Notes under the pieces: model-generated | What the model was told of the DNA's origin: nothing | The model's input: only the letters and a program-made list of their open reading frames with translations | Databases searched by the model: none | Translations under genes and position numbers: made by a program | Assembly (NCBI GenBank): GCA_023213395.1 | Contig: CM041465.1 | Location: forward strand, 123,511,741-123,575,740 | Origin: Cycas panzhihuaensis | Taxonomy: Eukaryota; Plantae; Cycadophyta | Length of the DNA: 64,000 nt | Direction of reading: 5' to 3' | Shown: one piece after another, positions 43,419-56,097 of the stretch | Layout of the letters: the number at the start of each line of letters is the position of its first letter | How positions within the stretch are numbered: the stretch's first letter is position 1

Positions 43419-46400
43419 TAACCATGGTTCTTGTCACTAATTACAGTAGCTAGTTGTTTAGAATTGCTTCTAGAGTAAGCTATAGTATAGAACTAAGCCA
43501 AGGCCTTGATTGTAAGTTGTTAGAAATAATGTTTTATAATGTTTTAATGTGATGTTATCTTATAAAATTTATATTATGTATTTAACTAATAATTATATGA
43601 AAAGTTTGGTGAGTGGACCATTGGCCACTTAATGAACTTTGGTTTATCTTCCTCAATTAAATTATTCAAGGATATTCATGTCAAGTTAGATGGGTTGGTT
43701 GGATTGGTCACAAGAGAGAGAGTGAGATCCTTATGTATAATACATTCTGATATTAATATAATATTACATATTTAAGAGGTGGTTTTCTTCCTTGGAAGGG
43801 TTTTCTACTAACCAATCTTGTGTAATATTATGCATGAAATTTTTATGGATGATTAATATTTATGTTTTTCAATGTTCATCCCTCTCTCCAACATGGTATC
43901 AGAGCAAGGAGCCACCTAAATCATCATACCATCAAAGCGAGTTTGTGAATGCATGGCTATTTGAAAAATAATGTTCTACAGGTTGTTTCAAAGTTGTATA
44001 GTTGCTGCTCCAAGATTACTAACAAAAGAAAAGAAAAGAAAATGAAGACATATATAAAGAAACTCTATGCAATCATTATTATAGTAGAAGATTTTAGATG
44101 CTTGCACTGCCCACAGATATCACACATTTACAAGCACGAAGAAGTCATTCATGCCACACAACCATCACACAAATGATATCTCGTGCAACCCTCATGCAAA
44201 CTAATAGAGTTGCTCACCTCTCTAGCAGTCGTTAAAGCTATAAGTAGAGAACTATCCTCATATTCACAAATGATACATGCCAATTATGAATCTTCAATGA
44301 AGATGTAAACGAAGCCCTCATGTTATGAAGTCAATAAAGCTGCATGGAGAGTATTCAAAGAAAATTTACGAAAATAGATATGAAAACACTACAGATTGCA
44401 TGAAATTAGAGGATGCCATTCCATCGTCATGCAATAATCATGTAACTATACAACTAAAGAAGATATCATTATGTTGATGTAAACTACCAAAAAATATTTG
44501 CACATAGAAGGTGCAATCCAGATGCAAAGATCATCACACACACATACACATAGACATATGAAATCTAGATGAAGATGCACATAGAGATCATCACACATGA
44601 AAAGCATTTAAATGCAAAAAAATTAATGAAAATCTGATCACGCAATCATAAAATTCTTGAATTGAGGCAAAAAATCCTATTAAATCCTAAGTATATTGAT
44701 AAAATATTTGATATATTTTACATAGTTTTATTTTTCTATGTTTGAGCAAATATAAAAGCTTTATTAAATTTTATTTATATCTTTTGCAATTACAAAAAGA
44801 TTTAAATCCACCCTATTTTAATTTCAAGTCTGTTAGCCCCCCTTTACCCTAGATCTCGATCCTATCACCCACCTATATGACCTTGCTCTTAATGTAAAAG
44901 GGGCTTAACCCCTTAATTTTTAGCCCCCCCTTATCTAATAAAGGATTACCTATACATTTTCTACCATAACTTCATTATTTAGAGTTAGAATCTAGAAGTA
45001 GAAGTAGTGTTGGATTCCTAACTTAAACACCTTCGATTTGAATGGTTATTTAAGTGATTTTGAAGACATTTTAATAAGAGAAATGTTAACCAATGTGAAG
45101 GGAATTGACCATATCCCAGGTAAGTGTAAGTACATAATTCAATTTATCAAATTTCTTTATAATTTTTTAATATTTTTAATTTAATTTAATATGTTATTAA
45201 TCATTTATTAAATTTATGAATTAATAACATCATTTAATCCCTTCTCTTTTAATAAATTTATTTAAATTTATCGGTATTTAATCATTACTTTAATATTATT
45301 TATTACAAACAAACTTATAATTTATGTAATTTTATTTTACATTTGATTTAATCCTTAATATTTATGCTTACAAACTTTTTTTTTAATAATATAATCAATT
45401 AATAGTGTTTAAAAGGGTTAACCCCCATTTTTTTAATAAATTACATAATGTATTTGCAAAATATTAATGCATCTTTATTTCCATTAAATTAATGTTATTA
45501 TACTTTAATTTAAAAATAGAACTATTATGATTACACTCATACTTTATATTTGTGGCTTAATTATTTTAATTTAAATGTTTATTTTTTTATATAAACCTTA
45601 TCTCTTCTTTTTATTTTTCCATGATTAAATAAGATCTATTTATGATAGGTTTTCTTTACCAAAATGGCTATTATACATAGGACAAACTCCTCCATTCAAA
45701 TTTTAATTTTAAATGGCACAAATTATGTCAAGTAGAAAGTTTAGGTATCTGACCAACTTAAATAATAAAAGATATAGAAGTACGTAATTGGAGGGTTTAT
45801 AAAACCTATTGATACTAAATTAGATACCTATATGCTCTATATGATACATTTTGGTGGAGCCCTAGGTACGATCTTAACGTCTCTCTTGCCAAATATACAT
45901 AGGCAATTCAATGATACAAATGAACTTGCCACTATCTAGGCTAAACTAAAAGAAAAGTATGATAAGGTAGATGCAACTTAAACACCTTCTTTGATTTTAT
46001 ATTTTGGTGCTTTCTACCATATAGTAGAACACCAAGAATATTATCTACTTATTAAGTTGATTCTAATTCTAAAGAGGAAATCTCTTTTAAAAGTGGTTCT
46101 TAATTGAAAGTTAAAGGAACAAGTAACGTAACCCTGAAAGATGGTTTTATTAATAATGTTTTTTATGTTCTTAATTTATTACCTAATCTTCTATCTGTTT
46201 ATCAAATCTACTAAAAGAACCTTGTAGTCAAATTCTGGAAAGGTAAGTTTATTGTTAAATAACCTTTTAATAAATTTAGACCTATTACCTCAGGACCTTT
46301 TAGCCACCTTGTATGACAATAAGCTATGCAAATAAAATATGAAGCTCTTCAAAAAAATTTAACTTGGGACTTAGTACTACTAACATCAAGTAAAAATCTG

Positions 46401-47444
46401 GTAGACTGTAAATAGATTCACCATACTAAATACAACTCTGAAGGAGTCGTAGAAAAGTATAAAGCACACTTAGTAGCTAAAGGTTTCTTTCAAATAGATG
46501 ACATTGATTATACCAAAACAGTTTCTCCTATTGCAAAAATAAATACAATTAAACTATCATTATTCTTATAGTCAAGTTTAGTTGGTAGATACATCAAATA
46601 GATGTTAAGAGTACTTTTCTAAATGATAACCTTGATGAAGAAATCTACATGTCCCAACCCATTGGTTTTATTACTGTTAGAAGTATTAATGTAATCTTTA
46701 TGTTCTTTTTAAAGTTTATATTTTAGTCACATGTCTAAATATGTATTTAAGTTATCATAAGGTTTAAACTTTAATGCTTATAATTAACTTATGTGAAAGG
46801 TGGTTGAAATGCGGAACTGCATTTTAACGAACCTTTCATTGTATAAATTCATCTCCTAGATTCAAGGAGATGGTTCCATGAATCTAGGAGGGCTATATGT
46901 ATGCCTTTTCAATGGCTGGTTTAGGTGTTAGGTGGTTTACCTGTTTGGTTTTTTGTTTACAGCTATTCTTAATAAAAATAGAACTTAAAGAGGTGGTTTT
47001 TCTTCCCCAGAAGGGGTTTCCACCTGTCAACCTATGTACATGTGTAATATCATTTATTTTCTTATGGTTTTATGTTTAATCTGATCCTATGATGTTATGC
47101 ATGTGCCTAGTCTCACATGGTATCGGAGCACTTATTTTAGTTGTTCTAAGTTTGTCATGGAAATATCCTCCTCCACTCCTCCCTCAAACTCGTTGCCGAC
47201 TTCCATTTTATCTTGAATTTCTATACCGAGTGAGGGATTTCTGCTCTCTAAATCCTGGTGGGACATCATCTTCTCTCGTCTCAAATTTTCCATGTCTTCT
47301 TAAAGGGACTTGGTGCGCCCTTGCACAATATTTAGACCCACAGTGGCCTTCTCCAAACGATTTTCTGTAATTTGCATTTGGATTTGGGTTGACTTATGTT
47401 TCACCCATGCTGCTTTGCAGCCTCCTGTTGCTCTCTTTGCATCC

Positions 47445-47960
47445 TTCTCCTTGAAAGTGACGAAGTGTTTATCCCTACGTAAAAGCTCTAGAAAGAATGG
47501 AAAAATATGCTATCGCATAGCCTTCCAAAACAAAAAAAACATGTATGCTTTGATCCATTTCTGGATAAGAACCAAGTAGGTAAAGTTTCTTTATACAACA
47601 TTTGAACCAATCCTAATACACCTGAGATACAGACGCCATAAGCAGTCAAATCCCTTGCTATTATCACCACAAGTGACAGAATTTCCTCAGTCACAAACAT
47701 TATGTTAAGGATTGCTCTGTAGGTATGCAGATAAAGAATCCCTGGTCCAACCGGTGAAATACCCCAGGAGCTGAATGTGAAGAGAAACCATGGCCAAGTA
47801 GGGCTCCAACCCCACCATGGACACTCAACTTAGACATCAAAGTATTTCTAGAACCGAGAGCAATAGTTAAACAACTCCTAAGAAGTTGTACAACAGCATG
47901 CTTATTCTGCTGGAACACAGTGCATGATGCATAAAATGCAATATAGTCATGCCATCTCCT
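47445..47960 (-). pseudogene. MED33: Captured fragment of Mediator subunit 33 (MED33/MED5, REF4/RFR1-like)
   Basis: RRWHDYIAFYASCTVFQQNKHAVVQLLRSC..GGVGALLGHGFSSH; FVTEEILSL..; SGVLGLVQMLYKETLPTWFLS; LEGYAIAYFSIL..*GI.TSSLSRRR, all recognisable MED33 C-terminal motifs, with frameshifts and an internal deletion. Confidence 0.85.
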
Positions 47961-48057
47961 TGGAAGCCAATTCTTGTTCTTTACTTACAGTATGTACATC
48001 ATCCACATTATCTTTTTCCATTGTCGTAGTTATGACAAACCACATTGTTAAGATTGT

Positions 48058-48180
48058 GGAACCTCGTCTTGAAGACTTGCAAGAGATCTGTCTGCATCGT
48101 TTGCCCGCTCTCCGGAACGTCATCTTGAAGACTTGCAAGAGATTCGTCTACTCCATTTGCTCATTCTCTGGAACGTCTTC
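48058..48180. repeat. 56 bp tandem repeat, ~2.2 copies, in copia D leader
   Basis: GGAAC.TC.TCTTGAAGACTTGCAAGAGAT units start at 48058, 48114 and (partial) 48170. Confidence 0.85.
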
Positions 48181-51100
48181 GCCTCCATCACCTTGGAACT
48201 AGAGAAAAAGTGAGTGTTGCTGCCATGATGAGGAGTAATAGGTAGGGTTTCTAACCTACCCCCCACCTCCCAGATTTCATCTCATTTTTAATTTTAATTT
48301 TCTTTTTTGAAGAAAACTAGTTCGTCGGGTTTGTTTGCCTATTTAGTTTTTATTGTATTTTCCTTTTTTTATTTTAATTTAGATAAAACAAATACTCCCC
48401 CCCTCCCTTATTACATTTCGATTTAATATCATAACCCCCTTAATCACATTAAGAAGTTATTTAAAATCTCTTTTAATTAAACTTTAGGCTAAATTTAAAT
48501 TAGCCCCCCCCTCTCCTATACTTTATTAATTCCTTCCTATAACATTTGATTTACAAAATAATACTAATCTTTTACTTTTAATACTTTTTAATAATCAAAA
48601 CTTTATTACATTTTAAATTTAAATCAGTTCACCTTCCCTTAACTATATACTCTATTGTTAAGTTTAAACCCCCTCTCAATATTATATATATTTATATATA
48701 TATGCTTTTTAAAGCCTAATCAACTTAGACAAAATCAACACTCTTTATATATTTTAATTTCCCTCCCTTATTATAAAATAATACACTTATTTTATTTATT
48801 TTTATTAATTATTATATCAAACCCTTTTTTTATTATATTTATTATAATCACCCTCCCTAACTACATTGTTTTTAATGCTAAATTAGTCCCCTTTATAACT
48901 TCATTTAATGTTGATATAAGCCTTCCTTTAATCTCCTCCCTATATTAATCTCCTTCTATTTTAACATTAAAAACAGTGTATCTTCCCATTACAAAATATC
49001 TCTTTTAATTAAATTTTCATTTTTAATCAATAAACACTCAGCATAACCCCGATAAAATATTTAGATATTTAATCTTTTTCAACATTAAAGTTATGTTCTA
49101 ATCAATAAAATTTTCTTTAATTTAATTTGCTTGATAATCAATAAACTTTTTTTTAGCAAACATTTATTTTTTAAGGGAACTTTTTTATTAGAACTATTTT
49201 AATCAAGGGGGACTTTTTATTTCTTTAAGGATTTGTTCATTTTTTTAGAGTAAGAGAAACTAATTTGTTTGTCAAAGGGGGACTATTTATCAAAGAAGAC
49301 TGTTTATCAAAAGGGATTTTTTCTTAAGGAGGATATTTGTTTAAGAATATATCATTATTTATTTAAGGGAAAATCAAGTAATGTATATTATAATGCTTTC
49401 TTTTTTTATTTTTTAAATTATGCCTGTTAAATTAATCTAATGATTAGTACTTTTAGTAAGTGATTATTTTTTCAATCACCTTCATATTTTTCATCTTCAA
49501 TCAAGCCTCATAACTTTCAATATGGCATTAATGCCAGAGACAATCACCTACGTTCTAATTCCAGTGTTAACCGGCTCAAACTATACCGACTGAAGGAATC
49601 ACATATCCCATTAGCTCAAATAGTAAAAAATATGGTGATATGTGATAGGTGAATTTCAAAGATTGAAAGCAGAAGCTACAGAGAGTTACATGGTATATCT
49701 GATGAACTCAGATACAGCCTGAGGCACCATATTAAACTCACTCTCACCAGAAATCAGTCAGTAGTTTTCTGAAACAGATGACTTGGCCACTGTCTGGAAA
49801 GCCCTGCAAGAAAAATATGATAAGGTTGATACACATCAAGTGGCTGTCCTAAAACAACAATTGTATGACCTTACTTTTGGCGATTTTTCTAATGTTGAGA
49901 AATTTTTAAGTAAAATTTAATTAATTAATAAAGATCTAGATAACTGCATCAAATCTAAAACCAAAGAAGGTGATGTTGAAAAAATAACTACGCATGTTAA
50001 AGACGACGATACGCTCGTACGTCTTATAGTAAACAAATTACCAAAATATTTTAATCTCTACAAAACTGCTAGACAACAAGCTGGCGACCCTCCTATAACA
50101 TTCAATCAGTTGATAAACCAGTTGATTGAACATTAGACAATGTTAATTCAAACATGCATCTTAAAAAATCCTTCACAGGCTTTATTTTCCAAAACTAAGA
50201 CATAGTTTAAAAATAAACAATAGAATAATTTTCATAATAATCCAAAATTTTAGAAACCTCATAGAGGTTCACCGTCTAATTCACAAAACAATGTTAAGTA
50301 TTCTGGTCCTACTAAACACCAGAATACTTCTAATTAGTTTTTTCATAGGAACAACGTAATTCCTTCTCAGAACACTAGTTGTGCCTATTGTCATAAAAAA
50401 GGCCACACTATTGATGTCTGTAGAAGTAGAATAACTTCAGAAGCATGGAAAGCTTCCAAGGGATTGCAAAATTGACCTCAATCCCATTCTCATGCATGAT
50501 GTAAACATCGTCAAAATCATACTCGTTCTTTAGCAGGAACAACTTCTGTGTTTGTTGCCCTTTCAAATCAACCACCACAATGGATCTTTGACTTTGGTGC
50601 ATCCCATCATATGACAGGACACCAGAAAAATTTAACCATTATTAATTCGAAACAAACTCTAAAGAAGAGATTTCTTTAGGAAGCGGTAATCAAGTTAAAG
50701 TCAAAGGATCAGGTGATGTTATCTTAAAAGATGGTTCAATCAAGGACGTCTTTTACATACCTAGTTTGTTACCAAACTTACTCTCTGACTATCAAATCTG
50801 CCAGAAAGACCTTGTCAACAAATTCTAGAAAATAAATTTATCATTAAGGAACCATTAAACAAATTTAGATGTATTGCCTCAAGACATGTTGATTATAACA
50901 CATGTCTCTATAATTTAACAAGTCTTCAAAATAAAAAAACAAAATCTTTTAGTACCTTTATTGCCAAATCTGACTCAGTCAGCAAACTTTGGCATGCATG
51001 ATTTGGCCATACAAGTTATGGCAAATTGTAATATTTAAAGAAGTATGAAATGGTTCATGGTCTACCACCCTTAAACACTATTTATGGTGTTTGTGAAGCC

Positions 51101-54100
51101 TGTGTGATAGGTAAACAACACATGGATCCATTTCCATATAAAACTCAATTCAAAGCAACTACTTTACTTGAACTTGTCCACTCTAATATATGTTGACCCT
51201 TTCATATAACATCATACTCAGGTTCTCGTTATTTCGTTATATTTATTGATGATTATTCAAGAAAATATTGGGTTTACATACTCAAAACACGTAGTCAAGT
51301 GTTTGATATTCTCGTTGAATACAAAACACAAATTGAAAATCAATCAAATTCAAAAATCAAAATTTTTCGGTCTGATAATGCAAAGGAATATTTAAGTGGT
51401 AAGTTCACTTCTTTCTATAAATTACATATAATTAAATTCTAACATTCTGTTGCATATACACCTCAATAAAATGGTGTTGCTGAACATAAAAACTACACTC
51501 TTGTTGAGATGACTCATTGCATGTTATATGCAAAGAATCTAGATCTAAAATTATGGGTAGAAGCAATTAACTGCTCTAATTATTTATTAAATCGTTTACC
51601 TAGTAAATGTCTACATAACATTACTCTAGAACAAAAATGGTCTAGAAGAAAACCATCTATCAGTCATTTACGAATCTTTGGCAGTATTGCGTAGGGATAT
51701 ATCCCTCACGAAAAATGTAAAAAATTAGACCCGAGAAGTAAAAAATACATCTTCGTTAGATACAACGAAGAGAGTAAAGCTTATAGATTCCTGAATCTAG
51801 TCATGCATCAAATTTCTATTTTGCGTGATGTAATATTTGATGAAGAAGGATCTTCTTCAACCTCTACTTATGTAGAACTTCCTGTTGAAAGTTTGTTAAC
51901 CAACACCTGTTTGGTTGACCTATCTGATAAACAAACTGATCTGGAAGTTATAGAATCCTTATCAACTCAAGTCTGAAATTGGACTCTATCTGAACCTAAT
52001 GAAATAGATCCTTCCCTTCAGGTTAGTTCATCAAATCAACGTGTATCTTTAGAACCAGTTACTCACAAGTAACCTATTTAGGTAACAAAAATGCTTGCTG
52101 ATGCTGGATCTGATGTAGGTAATCCTACCAATACCAGACGCATACGTGCCCAAAAACTACATGCTAATTTTACCTTAATGATAAAAATAATGGACAATAA
52201 TGATCTTAGAACATTTAAACAAGCTAGCATCAATCCTGTATAGCAGGATGCTATGCAGACTGAATTTGATGCCTTAATTAAAAATTCAACCTGGGATCTT
52301 GTTCCTCTCCCACCTGGAAAAAATGTAGTTGACTGTAAATGGGTCTATAGGATAAAATATAACTCAACAAGCACAGTTGAAAAATATAAAGCTTGCCTTG
52401 TTGCAAAAGATTTTTCACAAATAGATGGCATTGATTATAATGAAACCTTTGCCCCTATTGCAAAAATGAACATAATTAAAACAATTATTACTCTAGCAGC
52501 CAAATTTAGTTGGGAAATCCACCAAATGGATGTTAAGAGTGCTTTCTTGAATAGTGATCTCAAAGAAGAAATCTATATGTCTCAGCCACCTGGATTTATT
52601 AAAAATCCTAATTTAGTTTGTAAACTTAAGAAATCTATTTATGGTTTAAAACGAGCTCCTCAAGCTTAGTATACTAAAGTAGATGACTATTTAATTCACA
52701 TTGGATACACTAGATGCATTAGTGATCCAAATCTCTATTTTAAATGTGAAAATGAAAATCTTACTATTCTAATCCTTTATGTTGATGACATTATAATTAC
52801 TAGATCATCAACTAATCATATTCATTATTTAAAATCTACTTTAATGAACAAATTCAAAGTGACCGATTTAGGTCTACTATATTACTTTCTTGGTTTATAA
52901 ATTTATTAAAATCATTCAAATATAACTATATCTCAACCTAAGTATATTCTAGATTTAATTCAACGGTTTAACATGGAAAATGCTAAATCTGTATCTAATC
53001 TATTACAATTAGGAGTCAAACTATCTACTGATTGTTCATCACCTTTATGTGACCCTACACTATATAGACAACTAATTGGCAGTTTTATCTATCTAACTCA
53101 CACCCGCCCTGATATTTCCTATGCTGTCGCTTTATGTTCCCATTATATACAATAGCTACATGAATCTCATTGGAAAGCAGCTAAACGTATCTTACGTTAT
53201 CTAAAGCATACTATGTTTTATGGTTTAACTTATAATTTTTGTAATAAACCTCTAACTTTAACTGGATATACTTATTCTGATTAGGCAGCTGATATAAATG
53301 ATCGTAAATCTACTTCAGGTTATATATTTTTTATAGATTCCTCACTTATTACTTGGTCTAGTAAGAAAATGCAGGCACTTACTTTATCCACAACTGAAGC
53401 AAAATATCGTGCACTTGTTGAAGCTAGTAAAGAAGTACTTTGACTCAAATCTTTACTAAATGAAATTGGTCTGTCTCTAAACTCTTCCATTGAACTTAAA
53501 GTTGATAATCAAGGGGCAATTTCTATAGCTACAAATCTAGTTTCACATTCTAGGACTAAGCATATTGCATTACATCAGTATTTATTCATAATTTAGTTAC
53601 TAATAATCTTGTTTCTTTGTCTTATTGTCTAATTGATCTACAGATTATTAACATTCTTATGAAGTCTTTAACTGAAGTAAAGTTTCTAAATCTCAGAGAT
53701 CTGTTGCAGATAAAAGAAGTCTCCATCAAAGGGGGATCATTGTGATGAAGACCTTATTTTTTTATAGCATAAAAGTTTACATTAAAGAGAGATGTTAGAA
53801 ATATTAATGTAATATTTATGTTCTTTTTAAAGTTTATATTTTAGTCACATGTCTAAATGTGTATTTAAGTTATCATAAGGTTTAAACTTTAATGTTTATT
53901 AATTAAGGTGGTTGAAATGCGAAACTGCATTTCAACGAACCTTTCATTGTATAAATTGATCTCCTAGATTCAAGGAGATGGTTCCATGAATCTAGGAGGG
54001 TTGTCTGTATGCCTTTTCAAAGGCTGGTTTAGGTGTTAGGTGGTTTACCTATTTGGTTTTCTGTTTACAGCTATTCTTAGTAAAAATAGAACTTAAAGAG

Positions 54101-56097
54101 GTGGCTTTTATTCCCTAGAAGGGGTTTTCCACCTGTCAACCTATGTACATGTGTAATATCATTTGTTTTCCTATGGTTTTATGTTTAATATGATCCTATG
54201 ATGTTATGCATGTGCCTATTCTCATAATTACTAATCCTAATCTTGTTTGTAAATCAAACAAATATTTAAATGGTCTTAAACAAGCCCCTTGAGTTTAGTA
54301 CATTAATATTGATAATTATCTTATTTAAAATAGTTACACTATATGTATTAACGATCCCAATCTCTATTTTAAATAATAAAATAATAATATTACTATTCTA
54401 ACTCTCTATGTTGATGATATTATTATCACTAGATCTCTACTCTCTGATATCTTTCAGTTAAAAACTATCCTTATGAACAAATTTGAAATGAGATACTTAC
54501 AAAAATTTCACTACTTTCTTGGTCTATAAATTTGTCAGTCTGAATCTTTAATTTCTATTTTACAACCTAAATATATACTTGACTTAATTAAAAGATTTAA
54601 TGTAAAAAATTTAAAACCAATATGAACTCCTTTGTAATCAGTTGTAAAATTATCAATTAATTATCAAACACCTCCCTACAATCTTACCTTATATTTCCAA
54701 TTAATCATTAAAAGTCTTATATACTTAATCTATGTTGTTACTTTATGTTTTACGTATATGCAAAAGCTTCATGAATCATACTAGAAAGCAACGAAACAAA
54801 TCTTATAATACCTCCAAGGTATAATTCCTTATGGTATAAACTATAATTATTATAGTTCTGATCTTAAATTGATAGATTACACAAATTCAAATTGGGTGGG
54901 TGATTTCGATGATCACAAATGTATAGCTAGATATATTTTCTTTCTTGGTTCTTCCTTTATTACTTGGTCAAGCAAAAGGATGCAATCTCTGGTACTACCT
55001 ATAATAGAAACTAAATATTGAGTTTTAATAGAAGCTAGTAAGGAATATTTATAGATTAAATCTTTATTAAATGAGTTTGGTTTATTTACGACTTCTTCTA
55101 TTCAAATTAAAATTGATAATCAAGGTGTCATTTCTATTGCAACTAATCTTATATCATATTCTAGAATAAAACATATAGAATTACATGAATATCTTATTCA
55201 TAATCTTATACATGATAATACTATTAACTTCTTTTATTATCCTATAAATTTATAGATTGCAGATATATTAACTAAACCATTGGTAGAATCCAAGTTCGTC
55301 AAGCTATGAGAATTGTTGAAGATTGATGAAGTCTTCACTAAAGAGAGATTGACATGTTAAAGTCTTCATCATTCTTCTTCTTCATCTATTATACTAAAGA
55401 TAATATTAAAAGGGGATTCTAGAAATAATATTTTAATGTAATGTTATCTTATAAAGTTTATATTATGTATTTAACTAATAATTATATTAAAAGATTAGTG
55501 AATAGACCGTTGTCCATTCAACAAACTTTCGTTTATATTCCTCGATTAAATTATTCGAGGATCTTTATGCTGAGTTAGATAGGTTGACTGGATTAGTCAC
55601 AAGAGAGAGGATAAGATCCTTATATATAATACATTTCAATATTAATATAATATTACATATTTAAGAGGTGTTTTTTATTCCTTAGAAGGGTTTTCCACCT
55701 GTCAATCTTCTGTACTATTGTATATATTATTTTTATGGATGATTAATATTTATTTTTTTTAAAGTTTATCCCTCTCTCCAATACAGGTATCTTTGGATAA
55801 GATGTAATACTCTTATCATTGAATCAAATCAAACAATATCTGTTTGAATTAGTTATTTGTAGTTATGGTTTTTAAAAGATGCCCAAGGTTGATGCTAGTC
55901 CATTATCTCTTTGACTTAAATCTTTCGTTGTTAGTATAACTTCTAAAAGACATCTTCTTGAGTGTGTGCCATCCATTTTGTTTTCTATAGACATCTACCA
56001 TGGGACTTACTATTTGGATCGATTATTCACTATATATTTGAATGTACTATTAGTACATAAGCTTTATGTGATTACACCTTTTTTTTAGAGGGTCCTC

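Larger units (their letters stand above)
46675..54226 (+). mobile_element. Copia D: full-length Ty1/copia element with 2.4 kb leader; LTRs 46675-47117 and 53793-54226; gag-pol 49522-53745
   Basis: Perfect TSD ATTAC, PBS TGGTATCGGAGC 47118-47129, CAYCHKKGHTIDVC knuckle, WIFDFGASHHMTG protease, INT, RT (TWDLVPLPPGKNVVDCKWVY..HQMDVKSAFLN, YVDD), RH. Confidence 0.95.
43518..55783 (+). mobile_element. Copia C: internally deleted Ty1/copia element hosting copia D; LTRs 43518-43893 and 55417-55783
   Basis: LTR pair, PBS TGGTATCAGAGC 43894-43905, flanks TAAGT/CAGGT (two transitions), gag start 45664, protease relic ~46000, RT 46310-46674 resuming at 54227 (YMSQPIGFIT|NPNLVCK), RH to ~55360. Confidence 0.9.

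Noticed and set aside
48058-48180. Repeat-spacer look reminiscent of CRISPR
   Set aside because: Only ~2 units, inter-repeat parts are themselves homologous, eukaryotic TE context, no cas genes.
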